From OCS116 cluster bacterium AG-390-A19 (GTDB taxonomy: Bacteria; Pseudomonadota; Alphaproteobacteria; MED-G09), in assembly GCA_003278145.1 (NCBI GenBank), contig QCGV01000001.1, positions 11,616-75,615 of the forward strand: 64,000 bases of DNA. Reading direction: 5' to 3'. The position numbers were made by a program, and so were the translations under genes. Position 1 is the stretch's first letter; every line of letters begins with the position of its first letter. The notes beneath the pieces were generated by a model. The model was given only the letters and a program-made list of their open reading frames with translations. It did no database searches and was not told the origin of the DNA. This document shows positions 1 through 10,679 of this stretch, piece by piece.

Positions 1-1470
1 CAATTCAGTAATGGGTTTGATTGGGATCTTCATTATACTTCTAGTGAGGATGATGGTTATATATCTCAGCCAGATACAAGTACAAAAAGATTCACTTCTG
101 CAATAAAAGGTGAGGGTGGAGTCAATAAAAACCAAACTTGGAATTTATTTGACTCTTCAAAAAATACCCAATCTTTAATTGATTGGATTTCCACAAAACA
201 AGAAACTTGGACAAATAATAAACTAGAAGTAATAGATTTTGTTTTATCTGGAGAAATAATTTCCAATTCTTTGGGAGTTATAGGATTAGCTGCAGGTCTT
301 CAGCTTAGACAAGAAGAATTTTCTGTATTAAGAGATGAGGACTCAAGAATAGAATTTGATGATCAAGGAAATATTTCTAAACCAGCTGATTTATTATTTC
401 TAGGTGGTGGTATTGAGGCGCAAGCTAAAAGGGATGCTTATGCAGCTTTTGCAGAACTCTCGATTTCCCCGAGTGATAATTTTGATATTAAGGTGGCCGC
501 AAGATATGAAGAACTTGAAAACGATAGTACTTTTGATCCTAAGCTATCAATATTATACAAATTAACGGATTATTTATCTTTCAGGGGATCTATAAGCTCC
601 TCTTTTAGAGAGCCTTCCTTATCTCAATTATATTCTGGTCAGGTTGGCTTGCAAGGTATTCAGGATTATTCAGATGGAGCTCCAAAAGGCGGGACATCAT
701 TTATAAGAATTGCTCAAAATGGAAATAGCCTTTTATCTCCAGAAGAGTCTGAAAATATAAATTTAGGAATTCTATGGAAACCAATTGAAAATTTTGATTT
801 CAAGATGGACTATTGGTCAATCGATTATTCAAACGTTATCACAATTGAGAGTGCTCAAGGAAAAGTTATAAATGACCCATCGAATTCAGATATTAAGAGA
901 ACTATTGATGGGACATTAATAGGCGTTACAACAAAATATTTCAACGCAGCAAATGTTGATACGAATGGAATAGATGTTGAATTAAACTATGAAAATAATA
1001 CAAATTTTGGTCTTCTAAATCTGGGTTTTAGAATGACACATATATTAGAGTATGAAATTCCTGGTAGTAATGGGTCGGCAATAGACGTTGTCGGTTTATT
1101 TAATCATGATAATTTTGCAAGATCATTGCCTGAAACAAAAATTGTTTTAAATACTAGTTTATCTGATAATAATCATAAAGTTTCATTTTTTGGCCGGTAT
1201 GTTTCTGATTACTCTACAACGAGGCCTTTGAGTTCAGCAGCAAAGACTGCTGGATTTGATCAAAAAATTGACCAATGGATTACTTTTGACCTTCAATACT
1301 CATATTCTTTCGTTGTATCGGGAAATGATATCAGATTATTGATTGGTGCTAATAATATTTTAGACGAGGATGTTCCAATTGTTTATGATGCAGCCAACTT
1401 TAGTTATGATCCAAAACACCATGACCCAAGAGGTAGATTGCTTTATTTTGGTTTAAAGTTATTACGATAA
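1..1470 (+). CDS. TonB-dependent receptor, C-terminal part (5' end lies outside the window)
   Basis: Frame 1 is open from base 1 (QFSNGFDWDLHYTS...) into the track ORF, so the TTG at 271 is not the real start. The sequence has an alternating beta-strand pattern and barrel-end region typical of TonB-dependent outer-membrane receptors. Confidence 0.75.
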   Translation, partial: QFSNGFDWDLHYTSSEDDGYISQPDTSTKRFTSAIKGEGGVNKNQTWNLFDSSKNTQSLIDWISTKQETWTNNKLEVIDFVLSGEIISNSLGVIGLAAGLQLRQEEFSVLRDEDSRIEFDDQGNISKPADLLFLGGGIEAQAKRDAYAAFAELSISPSDNFDIKVAARYEELENDSTFDPKLSILYKLTDYLSFRGSISSSFREPSLSQLYSGQVGLQGIQDYSDGAPKGGTSFIRIAQNGNSLLSPEESENINLGILWKPIENFDFKMDYWSIDYSNVITIESAQGKVINDPSNSDIKRTIDGTLIGVTTKYFNAANVDTNGIDVELNYENNTNFGLLNLGFRMTHILEYEIPGSNGSAIDVVGLFNHDNFARSLPETKIVLNTSLSDNNHKVSFFGRYVSDYSTTRPLSSAAKTAGFDQKIDQWITFDLQYSYSFVVSGNDIRLLIGANNILDEDVPIVYDAANFSYDPKHHDPRGRLLYFGLKLLR

Positions 1471-1491
1471 TTAATATCTTTAGTTAGTTAT

Positions 1492-2742
1492 CTATACTTT
1501 TTCAATCCTTATAGAGGTTATTTGATTTCTTTTTCTCTCTAAAATTTTGAATTTAAATCCATAAAAAATATAGGCGTTGTTAACACGCGGTATAGTTTGA
1601 GACTCATGGATAATTAAACCAGCAATAGTTGTTGCTTCATTGTCAGGGAGGTCCCAACCATAATTTCTATTTAAATCTCTAATACTCATACCACCATCAA
1701 CATCGATTGAATTTGGCATTTGATTTATAACTTCTTCATTTTCTAGGTCGTGTTCGTCGTCAATCTGACCAACAATTTCTTCTAAAATATCTTCAAGAGT
1801 TATTAAACCCATTATTGATCCATACTCATCAACAACTAATGCCATATGAAGTTTTTTCTCAAGAAAGGCATTTAATTGTTCTTTTAAACTAGTTGTTTCT
1901 GGTACAAACCATGGTTTTGACAAAACTTTTCTAATATTAATATTCTTTAAATCATTATCACTCTTTATGGCTTCTTTTATTAGAGATTTAATATGTAAAA
2001 GCCCTATAAAATTATCTGTACTTTCTTCCCATACTGGTATTCTGGTGTAAGGTGATGAAAGAATTTCTGTGATCTTACTTTCATCTATTTCATTTATATT
2101 AATGGCTGTAATATTTTTTCTATGCACCATTACATCTTCAACATTTACATCAGGAAGATCTAAAATTCCTCCTAACATATCTCTGTCACCTTTTTTTACT
2201 TCGCCCTCTTGATGATGAATAGAAATTTGTCCTCTAATTTCATCATGCGCATCAACTAATTTTTTTAAAGAAGTATTTTTTTTAACAAAAAAACTAGATA
2301 TTTTTTGTGCTAGAATTGCTACAGGTCCAAGAATAAGAATTGTAATTTTTATCAAAAAAGAAGATTTTAAAGACCAGCGATCGGAATTCTCAAGGGCTAT
2401 CATTTTTGGTAAAATTTCTGCAAAGATAACTACCAAGGTTGTCATTACAAATGTAGCTATAACTACCCCTACTTCACCAAATAAAGAAATAAACAAGCTG
2501 GTTGCCAAAACTGAGGCAAGTATATTTACAAGATTACTACCAACTAGGAGAGTACTTATAAGAGTGTCTTGTTTAGCAATAAGCTTTTCGAGTTCTTTTG
2601 CTCTTTTGTCTCCTTCATCAGCTAAATGCCTTATTCTTGCTTTAGATATAGCCGTTAGGGCAGTTTCTGAACCTGAAAAAAATGCTGAAATAATTATTAA
2701 TCCTAGAATGGATCCTATGAAAATGGCAATCGAAGTTATCAT
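1492..2742 (-). CDS. HlyC/CorC family transporter (DUF21 + CBS pair + CorC_HlyC domain)
   Basis: 416 aa with N-terminal TM helices, a central CBS-pair-like region and a C-terminal CorC/HlyC-type domain. Confidence 0.85.
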   Translation of the reverse strand: MITSIAIFIGSILGLIIISAFFSGSETALTAISKARIRHLADEGDKRAKELEKLIAKQDTLISTLLVGSNLVNILASVLATSLFISLFGEVGVVIATFVMTTLVVIFAEILPKMIALENSDRWSLKSSFLIKITILILGPVAILAQKISSFFVKKNTSLKKLVDAHDEIRGQISIHHQEGEVKKGDRDMLGGILDLPDVNVEDVMVHRKNITAININEIDESKITEILSSPYTRIPVWEESTDNFIGLLHIKSLIKEAIKSDNDLKNINIRKVLSKPWFVPETTSLKEQLNAFLEKKLHMALVVDEYGSIMGLITLEDILEEIVGQIDDEHDLENEEVINQMPNSIDVDGGMSIRDLNRNYGWDLPDNEATTIAGLIIHESQTIPRVNNAYIFYGFKFKILERKRNQITSIRIEKV

Positions 2743-3858
2743 TTATTTAAACCCATTAGAAATCATAAATGATTTTAAATAATCATCACTAATTCCATCT
2801 TTTATAATAGCGCTTCCAATATCATCTATTAAAATAAAAGTATTTGAGTTATCTTTTCTTTTTTTATCTAATGAAAAATTTATAATCATTTCTTCAGCAT
2901 GAATTTCTGTACCCAAATCTGTTATATGAGATGGAAGTCCTGATTCTTTTATTATTTTAATAATTTGCTCCTTATTCTCCATGCTGCATAAATTCATTTT
3001 AAATGATAGCTCTGCTGCTAAACATATCCCAATTCCTACTGCCTCGCCATGTAGAATTCCCTGACCATCTTTGTTGATCTTACTTTCTAAAGCATGCCCA
3101 AAGGTATGCCCTAAGTTTAAAAGTGCTCTTTTACCTTTTTCTTTTTCATCTTTTTCAACGATTTCAGCCTTCATAATGCAAGATTTCTCTACAGCTTCTG
3201 CAACTAAGGAGCTATTCAAATTTAAAATTTCTTCTTGATTAACTTCTAACCAGTTAAAGAAATCTTTATCGCCTAAAATTGAGTATTTTAATATTTCAGC
3301 ATAACCAGCGATTATTTCTCTTTTTGGAAGAGTTCTTAAAAAACTTACATCTGTAATAACTGCTTTTGGTTGATGAAATGAACCAACTAAATTTTTTCCT
3401 TCTTCCAGATTAATGCCAGTTTTTCCTCCTACAGCAGAGTCTACTTGAGATAAAATTGTTGTTGGAATTTGTATAAAGTTTATACCTCTATAAATGATAG
3501 AACTTGTAAATCCAACAAGATCACCAATTACTCCTCCTCCAAGAGCAATTAAGGTATCTTGTCTCTCAATTTTATAGCTTAAAAGTTCTCTGATTAATTT
3601 TTCTAAACTTTCAAAGCTTTTACTTTTCTCGCCTGACTGAATTATTATGGATTTTGTCTCAATTCCTCCATCTTCAAATATTTTTTTTATTTTAGGAAGT
3701 ATGAATCCAGCTACATTTTCGTCAGTTATTATAAAAACCCTAGGCCTTGATAAAATTTTTTCAATTGAGTTAATTAATATTTTTTCAATATCATCATTTA
3801 TAAAAATTTTATAAGAATTGTCTTTTAAATCTATTTTTATTTCTTTGATTTCATTCAT
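2743..3858 (-). CDS. aroB: 3-dehydroquinate synthase
   Basis: 371 aa with GGGVIGDLVGF nucleotide-binding and HGEAV metal-site motifs. It is directly coupled to aroK upstream. Confidence 0.9.
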   Translation of the reverse strand: MNEIKEIKIDLKDNSYKIFINDDIEKILINSIEKILSRPRVFIITDENVAGFILPKIKKIFEDGGIETKSIIIQSGEKSKSFESLEKLIRELLSYKIERQDTLIALGGGVIGDLVGFTSSIIYRGINFIQIPTTILSQVDSAVGGKTGINLEEGKNLVGSFHQPKAVITDVSFLRTLPKREIIAGYAEILKYSILGDKDFFNWLEVNQEEILNLNSSLVAEAVEKSCIMKAEIVEKDEKEKGKRALLNLGHTFGHALESKINKDGQGILHGEAVGIGICLAAELSFKMNLCSMENKEQIIKIIKESGLPSHITDLGTEIHAEEMIINFSLDKKRKDNSNTFILIDDIGSAIIKDGISDDYLKSFMISNGFK

Positions 3859-3862
3859 GAGC

Positions 3863-4402
3863 TTATTTTAAACTTTCTAAAGATTTTATAATAGCTTGAA
3901 GTATTTTTGTCTTATCAAGTTTATCTATTGTTATAGTTATATCAGCTTCTTCATATATTGCATTTCTTTCATTTAGGAGCAATGACAATGTATCTTCAAA
4001 GTTATCGACATTTAAAAGTGGGCGGTTTTTTTTATTTTTAAGTCTTTCTATTAATGTTTCCTTATTCGCTTTAAGCCAAATAGATATGCAGTCTTTCTTT
4101 ATTTTTTCTCGTATTTCTCTATTTATGAATGAACCACCACCAGATGATATAATAATTTGTTCATTGTTAATATTTTTTTTGAAGAAACCTAATTCTTCTT
4201 TTCTGAAGAAAACCTCACCATAATCATTAAATATGTCATTTATTTCTTTTCCTAAATTTTTTTCTATTTCTTTGTCGGAGTCGTAAAAAGGAAACTTTAG
4301 TTCCTCAGAGAGCATTTTACCAATTGTAGTTTTCCCAACTCCCATCATTCCAATCAATACAATTGAACGATTATTAAGGTTTGATATGACTTTTTTATTC
4401 AT
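3863..4402 (-). CDS. aroK: shikimate kinase
   Basis: 179 aa with P-loop GMMGVGKTT and an aroK-aroB operon arrangement. Confidence 0.9.
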   Translation of the reverse strand: MNKKVISNLNNRSIVLIGMMGVGKTTIGKMLSEELKFPFYDSDKEIEKNLGKEINDIFNDYGEVFFRKEELGFFKKNINNEQIIISSGGGSFINREIREKIKKDCISIWLKANKETLIERLKNKKNRPLLNVDNFEDTLSLLLNERNAIYEEADITITIDKLDKTKILQAIIKSLESLK

Positions 4403-4500
4403 TTTTAAATTTATAACTCTAATAATATAATAATATAACCAAATATTTGTTAATTTTTTATTTTTAAAAAATCAGATATAAACAAATAAATGAGATTATT

Positions 4501-4638
4501 ATGTTAAAAAATTCTAAAATTACCTTTTTTATTATTTTAGTAATATTGATTGTACTAACATCCATCAATATTTTTATTGAACCAGAAGTTGGTGAGGTTA
4601 CAAAAATAATTTTAAATAAAGATCTCAATTTTAATTAG
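4501..4638 (+). CDS. hypothetical 45-aa single-TM peptide (below track cutoff)
   Basis: An ATG-to-TAG ORF, MLKNSKITFFIILVILIVLTSINIFIEPEVGEVTKIILNKDLNFN, in the aroK/xerD gap. There is no clear RBS. Confidence 0.2.
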   Translation: MLKNSKITFFIILVILIVLTSINIFIEPEVGEVTKIILNKDLNFN

Positions 4639-4656
4639 ATTTAGGAAATATTTAAA

Positions 4657-5688
4657 TTGAATGATAATAAATTTACTAATTGGGATGATTATTGGTTAGT
4701 TAATTTTGAACGACTAAATATCTTTTTTGACTATTTATATTCAATAAAAGGATTAAGTAGCAATTCGATAACATCATACAAAGATGATTTTAAAAATATT
4801 TGTTTATATGTTTGGGATAAAAATTGGTTTATTGAAAATATTGGTATTAAAAAAAAACAGGATTATTCGAAGATTAATTCGAGAAAAAGTATAAATGATA
4901 AGTTATTTATTGAAAATTTTACTCATAAAATAATATCAGAATATTTTTTTGAACTTAAGAAAAAAGGTTTTAAGGAGTCAACTATTAATCGTCGTTATTC
5001 TGCTTTAAATCAGTTCTTTAATTTTGAGGTTAATGAATCAAGATTAAAAGAGAACCCCTTAGATAGAATTGATAGGATTCCATCAAAAAGAGTTTTACCT
5101 GATGTTTTATCTGAGGAAGAGGTTGAGGAAATTCTAAATTATGTAAGAAATCCAATAAATATTGGTTCTGAGAGCAAGAAAAAGAAATCGCTGCGAACAG
5201 CATGTTTAGTTGAGGTTCTTTATGCCACTGGTATGAGGGTCAGTGAGTTGATAAATTTAAAATTATCTGATTTGCGTTTAAGTCGAAGAATCTTAAATGT
5301 AATAGGCAAGGGAAATAAACAGAGAATTATCCCTATTACATCTAGAGCTCATGATATCATAATAAAGTGGATGAATTATATCCCTGAAAATTCAATATAT
5401 CTTTTTCCGTCTTATGGAATTAATGGTCATATAACGAGAGATGCAGTGAATAAATTATTAGCCGATATCTCTCTAAATACTGATATTGACAGAAAGAGAT
5501 TAACTCCGCATAAATTACGCCATGCATTTGCTACTCATATTATGAATAGGGGTGCTGATTTAAGGGTAGTGCAAGAATTATTGGGTCATTCAAGTATTTC
5601 AACAACAGAAATATATACTCATATTCTTGATACAAGACTGGTTGACTTATTAAAGAAATCACACCCTCTGTCAAAAGATGGTATATAA
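4657..5688 (+). CDS. xerD: site-specific tyrosine recombinase XerD
   Basis: 343 aa with TTG start. Catalytic-region motifs are ATGMRVSEL, HKLRHAFATH and LLGHSSISTTEIYTH. The housekeeping context (aroKB / accA) fits chromosome dimer resolution. Confidence 0.85.
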   Translation: MNDNKFTNWDDYWLVNFERLNIFFDYLYSIKGLSSNSITSYKDDFKNICLYVWDKNWFIENIGIKKKQDYSKINSRKSINDKLFIENFTHKIISEYFFELKKKGFKESTINRRYSALNQFFNFEVNESRLKENPLDRIDRIPSKRVLPDVLSEEEVEEILNYVRNPINIGSESKKKKSLRTACLVEVLYATGMRVSELINLKLSDLRLSRRILNVIGKGNKQRIIPITSRAHDIIIKWMNYIPENSIYLFPSYGINGHITRDAVNKLLADISLNTDIDRKRLTPHKLRHAFATHIMNRGADLRVVQELLGHSSISTTEIYTHILDTRLVDLLKKSHPLSKDGI

Positions 5689-5718
5689 AATATTATGATT
5701 TATTAGGTAGTAACTAAA

Positions 5719-6681
5719 ATGGTAAATTATTTGAGTTTTGAAAAACCTTTATCAGTAATAGAAGGTAAAATAAGAGAGCTTAATGAATTAAATCTGCAGG
5801 ATGATAAAGGTAAGTCCTATGTTGAAGAAATTAATAAGCTTGAGGTAAAAGCTCAAGAAACCCTTGAGTCCCTGTACAAAGATTTAAATACTTGGGAAAA
5901 AACGCAAGTTGCGAGACATCCTGAACGACCTCATTTCCTTGATTATTCTAATGGTTTAGTAAAAGATTTTATTCAATTATCTGGTGATAGAGTTTTTGGT
6001 GAGGATAGCGCTATCATTGGTGGAATAGGTAAACTTGATAATGTTTCTGTTATGCTAATAGGTCATGAAAAAGGCTATGATACAGAAACTAGGATAAAAC
6101 ATAATTTCGGTATGGCTCATCCCGAGGGTTATAGAAAATCAATTAGGCTTATGAATATTGCAGAAAGATTTAATTTACCTGTAATTACTTTTGTTGATAC
6201 TCCTGGGGCGTATCCTGGAATTGGAGCCGAGGAGAGAGGTCAGTCAGAAGCAATAGCTCGTTCCACTGACAGAACTTTATCGTTAGGTGTACCAGTAATA
6301 TCAATAATTATTGGAGAAGGTGGTTCTGGAGGAGCAATAGCAATTGCAGCCGCAAATAAAGTTTTAATGTTAGAACATTCAATTTATACTGTTGCTTCAC
6401 CTGAGGCTTCAGCATCAATCCTTTGGAGAAGTTCAGATGAATCTAAAGTATCAGCTATTGCATCAGAAATGAAAATTACTTCTGACGATTTAAAAAAATT
6501 AGGTGTGATTGATCAAATAATTGATGAACCTATTGGAGGGGCTCACAGAGAGAGAACACAAATAATTACTCAAACAAAACTTGCTATATTAGACAACCTA
6601 AAAGACTTGAGTGCGTTGAATTCAAAAGAATTAATCCAACAAAGGAGAGAAAAATTCTTAAAGATTGGACGAAATATTTAA
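5719..6681 (+). CDS. accA: acetyl-CoA carboxylase carboxyltransferase subunit alpha
   Basis: 320 aa with the conserved TPGAYPGIGAEERGQSEAIA and IGEGGSGGA blocks. Confidence 0.92.
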   Translation: MVNYLSFEKPLSVIEGKIRELNELNLQDDKGKSYVEEINKLEVKAQETLESLYKDLNTWEKTQVARHPERPHFLDYSNGLVKDFIQLSGDRVFGEDSAIIGGIGKLDNVSVMLIGHEKGYDTETRIKHNFGMAHPEGYRKSIRLMNIAERFNLPVITFVDTPGAYPGIGAEERGQSEAIARSTDRTLSLGVPVISIIIGEGGSGGAIAIAAANKVLMLEHSIYTVASPEASASILWRSSDESKVSAIASEMKITSDDLKKLGVIDQIIDEPIGGAHRERTQIITQTKLAILDNLKDLSALNSKELIQQRREKFLKIGRNI

Positions 6682-9278
6682 GCTAATCTTGCGTGACAAT
6701 TTTTATATTTCTTTCCAGAACCGCATGGGCACTTTTCATTTCTTCCAATCTTTCCCCAAGTTTTAGGATCATTTCGATCAAATTCAGTATTAATTTTCTT
6801 TTCTTTTAACTGTGGATGGTTTCTATCAATAGATTCATTGCTATTTTCTTCTAATTTTTTGATTGCTTCCTGAGAAACCATTTTTATATGAAATAATGTT
6901 CTTGTTGTATCTTCTCTAAATTTATTAAGAAGTGTCTCAAAAAGTAAAAAGGATTCAGATTTGTATTCATTTAATGGATCTCTCTGACCATATCCTCTTA
7001 TTCCGACTATTTGTCTTAAATCTTCAAGCTGGCTAAGATGATCAGTCCAGTTTTGATCTATAACCTGCATTAATATTGATTTTTCAAGGCTTGGAGTTAT
7101 TTCTTTGCCAAAACTTTCAACTTTTTCTTCATATTTATTATCAAAAAAATCATTTAATTTTTTTTCCAATATCTCTTCATCTATTTCTGGATCTTTAATC
7201 CATTCTTCTATTGGTGAGCTATCATTAAAAATTCTTTTAAGCTCCTTTTGAATTGTTTCAATATCCCAGTCATCTATAAATGATTTCTCTGGAATATTTT
7301 CTTGAATTATATCAAGAATTAAATCATGTCTCATTTCATGAATGGTTTCACTGACATCACTTTTTTGAAGTAGATCTAATCTTTGCTCAAAGATAACTTT
7401 TCTTTGATCATTCATAACATTATCAAACTTAAGAAGGGTTTTTCTTATTTCAAAATTTCTAGATTCTACTTTTTTTTGCGCTCTCTCTAGAGCAGTATTA
7501 ATCCATGGATGTACTATAGACTCACCTTCTTCAAGACCAAGTTTTTTTAAAACCATATCTAATCTATCTGAACCAAAAATTCTCATTAAGTCATCATCAA
7601 GACTTAAATAAAATTTTGATTTTCCTGGATCACCTTGTCTACCAGACCTTCCTCTTAGTTGGTTGTCGACCCTTCGACTCTCATGCCTTTCAGTTCCAAT
7701 AACAAATAAACCACCTGAGTTTAGTGATTTATTTTTGTCCTCTTCACTTCCATTGCTTCCACCTAATTGAATATCGGTTCCTCGACCAGCCATATTTGTT
7801 GCAATTGTAACGCTTCCATATTTTCCTGCATCAGCAATGATTTCAGACTCTTTCTCATGATATTTTGCATTTAGGACATTATGTTTAATTTTCTTATTTT
7901 TTAATAACTTTGATAAATACTCGGACTTTTCAATACTCGTTGTACCTACTAAAATAGGTTGTCCTTTTTTATTAGCATTAACTATTGAATCCAAAATTGC
8001 CTCATATTTTTCTGAAGAGGTTCTATAAATTTCATCATCTAAATCTTTTCTAGAAATACTAATATTTGGAGGTATTGCGATTACATCAAGATTATATATA
8101 TCCATAAACTCTTCTGCTTCAGTACTGGCTGTTCCTGTCATACCAGATAATTTTTCATATAATCTGAAATAGTTTTGAAAAGTTATAGATGCCATAGTTC
8201 TGTTTTCTGGCTGGATTGCAACTCTCTCTTTCGCTTCAAGTGCTTGATGAAGACCATCAGAAAATCGTCTTCCCTCCATCATTCTTCCAGTAAATTCGTC
8301 AATAATAATTACTTGATTATCTTTAACTAAATAATCTGTATCTTTATTAAATATTTTGTGGGCTTTTAAAGCTTGATTAATATGATGTATAAGATTCACA
8401 TTTTCCATATCATAAACACTAGAATTGTCTTTCATAAGACCAAGTCCAGGAAGAATTTTATCTAGAAAATCATTCCCTTCATCGCTTAACATTACATTTT
8501 TAGATTTTTCATCAATTTCATAGTGATTATCTTCAATTTTAGGAATTACTTTATTAATTTTATTATAAAGTTCAGTTTTATCCTCCACTTGTCCAGATAT
8601 TATAAGAGGAGTTCTGGCTTCATCTATTAAAATAGAATCAACTTCATCAACAATTGCAAAATAGTGACCTCTTTGAGATAATTGGTCCACATTATATTTC
8701 ATGTTATCCCTAAGGTAATCAAAACCAAATTCATTATTAGTTCCGTAAGTAATATCGGCTTGATATGCAGCCTTTTTATCATCTTCATTTAACTCAGATG
8801 TAACAGTACCTACTGTCATTCCAAGAAAATTATATATTTGGCCCATCCACTCAGCATCTCTTTTTGCTAGATAATCATTTACTGTGATCACATGAACACC
8901 CTTACCTGTAAGAGCGTTTAAATAAGCCGGAAGAGTTGCAACAAGGGTTTTTCCTTCACCAGTTTTCATTTCTGTAATATTACCTTTATTTAAAACAAGC
9001 CCCCCTAAAATTTGTACATCATAGTGTCTTTGTCCAAGAGTCCTTTTTGCCGCTTCTCTGACAATCGCAAAGGCATCATTTGTAATATCTTCTATTTTAG
9101 TTTTGTTTTTTAATAGTTCTTTAAATTCAAAGGTTTTATCTTTTAGTTCTTCATCAGAAAATTTTTCGTACTTTTTCTCTAATTCATTAATTGAATGAAC
9201 TTGATCTTTGTATTTTTTTAATTTTCTCTCATTACTTGAGCCAAAAATACTATTTAAAATTGAATTGAGTGCTGGCAT
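6678..9278 (-). CDS. secA: preprotein translocase ATPase SecA
   Basis: 866 aa with Walker A MKTGEGKT, the DEVDSILIDEARTPLIISG box, and a C-terminal zinc finger CPCGSGKKYKNCH. Confidence 0.97.
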   Translation of the reverse strand: MPALNSILNSIFGSSNERKLKKYKDQVHSINELEKKYEKFSDEELKDKTFEFKELLKNKTKIEDITNDAFAIVREAAKRTLGQRHYDVQILGGLVLNKGNITEMKTGEGKTLVATLPAYLNALTGKGVHVITVNDYLAKRDAEWMGQIYNFLGMTVGTVTSELNEDDKKAAYQADITYGTNNEFGFDYLRDNMKYNVDQLSQRGHYFAIVDEVDSILIDEARTPLIISGQVEDKTELYNKINKVIPKIEDNHYEIDEKSKNVMLSDEGNDFLDKILPGLGLMKDNSSVYDMENVNLIHHINQALKAHKIFNKDTDYLVKDNQVIIIDEFTGRMMEGRRFSDGLHQALEAKERVAIQPENRTMASITFQNYFRLYEKLSGMTGTASTEAEEFMDIYNLDVIAIPPNISISRKDLDDEIYRTSSEKYEAILDSIVNANKKGQPILVGTTSIEKSEYLSKLLKNKKIKHNVLNAKYHEKESEIIADAGKYGSVTIATNMAGRGTDIQLGGSNGSEEDKNKSLNSGGLFVIGTERHESRRVDNQLRGRSGRQGDPGKSKFYLSLDDDLMRIFGSDRLDMVLKKLGLEEGESIVHPWINTALERAQKKVESRNFEIRKTLLKFDNVMNDQRKVIFEQRLDLLQKSDVSETIHEMRHDLILDIIQENIPEKSFIDDWDIETIQKELKRIFNDSSPIEEWIKDPEIDEEILEKKLNDFFDNKYEEKVESFGKEITPSLEKSILMQVIDQNWTDHLSQLEDLRQIVGIRGYGQRDPLNEYKSESFLLFETLLNKFREDTTRTLFHIKMVSQEAIKKLEENSNESIDRNHPQLKEKKINTEFDRNDPKTWGKIGRNEKCPCGSGKKYKNCHARLA

Positions 9279-9427
9279 AAAACTTTATTTCCATTATTTT
9301 TTTTAATACTAATATACTCATTTAGGAAGAGCATATAGAGTTGTCAACTATAGTAAGTAAACATATTGGCATACTATAATATATAGATTATTACCTTTAA
9401 TATGATTTTTAATTTAATAGGAATAAA

Positions 9428-10669
9428 ATGATTAAGAAAATATCACCGCTTGCACCCGATAATTTTCCTAAGTTACCCTCTGTAAAAGGTGTTTTAATAG
9501 GTACAGCAAAATCGGGAACAAAATATAAAGGCAGAAGAGATATTTTTACTGCTATTTTTGAAAAGGGAACAGCTGTAGCTGGTGCATTTACTCAATCTGA
9601 TGTCAAGGCTGAGCCAGTTGAATTTTGCAGAAAAAATATAATTGATGGATCAGCAAGAGTCCTTGCAGTTAATGCTGGCTTTGCTAATGCTTTTACAGGT
9701 AAGAAGGGTAAAAAAATCAATAAATCAATTTCTTCAAATATAAAAAAAATTATTAAATGTAGGGAAAAAGATATTTTTATATGTTCTACAGGTGTTATTG
9801 GTGAAAATATTCCTATAAGACCAACAAATAAAGCCATTTCAGTATCTTTAAAGACAGAGGAAAATAAATGGGAAAATGCTGCAAAATCAATTATGACAAC
9901 TGATACTTTTCCTAAGGCAGCAGGAAAGAAGATTATTATAGATGATAAAGAAATATCTTTAGTTGGAATAGCCAAGGGCTCTGGAATGATATCGCCAAAT
10001 ATGGCAACAATGTTAGCTTTTATCTTTACAGATGCTCTAATAGATAAAACAGTTCTTCAAACACTTCTAAATATTGAATTAAGAAATAGTTTTAATGCAA
10101 TTACCGTTGATGGAGATACCTCCACTAACGATACAGTTTTAGCGTTTGCAACTGGAAAAGCCATGGATGGTAAAAATGAAAAAATAATTTCAAGAACTAG
10201 TGATCCAAGATTAAAAAAGTTTAGAGAGGCTTTTTCTGAAATAATGCATGATCTTGCAATTCAAATTATTAGAGACGGTGAAGGTGCAAGTAAACTTATT
10301 CAAATAAAAGTTTCTGGTGCAGAAAATACCTCATCAGCAAAAAAAATAGCAAGGTCTATTGCAGACTCTCCTTTAGTGAAAACTGCAGTTGGTGCCTCTG
10401 ATCCTAATTGGGGAAGAATTATAATGGCTATAGGAAAAGCAAAAGAAAAAATAAATCCTAAGAAAATTAATTTAAGAATAGGTAGTAATACCGTCATAAA
10501 AAATGGCGAGATTTCTAGATCATATTCAGAGATAAAAACTAAAAAATATATGAGTGGCAAGGATATTTTATTAGATATAAATCTTGGTCTAGGTTCTGGT
10601 TTCTCTCAAATTTGGACCTGTGATTTAACTGAGGGTTATATCAAAATTAATGCGGATTATAGAAGTTAA
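9428..10669 (+). CDS. argJ: bifunctional glutamate N-acetyltransferase / amino-acid acetyltransferase
   Basis: 413 aa with the autoprocessing region PNMATMLAFIFTDA and C-terminal INADYRS typical of ArgJ. Confidence 0.93.
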   Translation: MIKKISPLAPDNFPKLPSVKGVLIGTAKSGTKYKGRRDIFTAIFEKGTAVAGAFTQSDVKAEPVEFCRKNIIDGSARVLAVNAGFANAFTGKKGKKINKSISSNIKKIIKCREKDIFICSTGVIGENIPIRPTNKAISVSLKTEENKWENAAKSIMTTDTFPKAAGKKIIIDDKEISLVGIAKGSGMISPNMATMLAFIFTDALIDKTVLQTLLNIELRNSFNAITVDGDTSTNDTVLAFATGKAMDGKNEKIISRTSDPRLKKFREAFSEIMHDLAIQIIRDGEGASKLIQIKVSGAENTSSAKKIARSIADSPLVKTAVGASDPNWGRIIMAIGKAKEKINPKKINLRIGSNTVIKNGEISRSYSEIKTKKYMSGKDILLDINLGLGSGFSQIWTCDLTEGYIKINADYRS

Positions 10670-10679
10670 TAAAAATTAA

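Noticed and set aside
66-266. The 66-aa minus-strand ORF at the left edge, and the TTG start at 271 for the receptor.
   Set aside because: The plus-strand frame of the TonB-dependent receptor is open from base 1, so this ORF is an antisense shadow and 271 is an internal codon.
4657-5688. The tyrosine recombinase as a mobile-element integrase marking an island.
   Set aside because: The XerD-type motifs and the conserved housekeeping neighbourhood (aroK-aroB / accA) argue for the chromosomal dimer-resolution enzyme. No att-like repeats or phage/ICE genes are adjacent.
9592-10560. Antisense or out-of-frame track ORFs nested in strong genes. Two lie inside argJ (9592-9975, 10300-10560). Others of the same kind: 2564-2782, 12370-12585, 13769-14131, 14476-14676, 15000-15302, 16559-16804, 22638-22883, 23916-24125, 24714-24917, 25029-25403, 25598-25831, 26969-27196, 29456-29641, 31441-31632, 33918-34103, 34574-34765, 35712-35921, 41090-41317, 41748-41930, 42582-42851, 44328-44555, 45526-45720, 49482-49703, 50753-50941, 51341-51628, 52721-52912, 53691-53891, 54464-54751, 54538-54726, 55223-55522, 57203-57397, 57599-57961, 58669-58893, 60021-60236, 60296-60526 and 61290-61580.
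   Set aside because: Each lies wholly or largely inside a longer ORF with clear family motifs. They have low-complexity or odd composition, and no RBS or family resemblance. These are typical shadow ORFs of an AT-rich genome.
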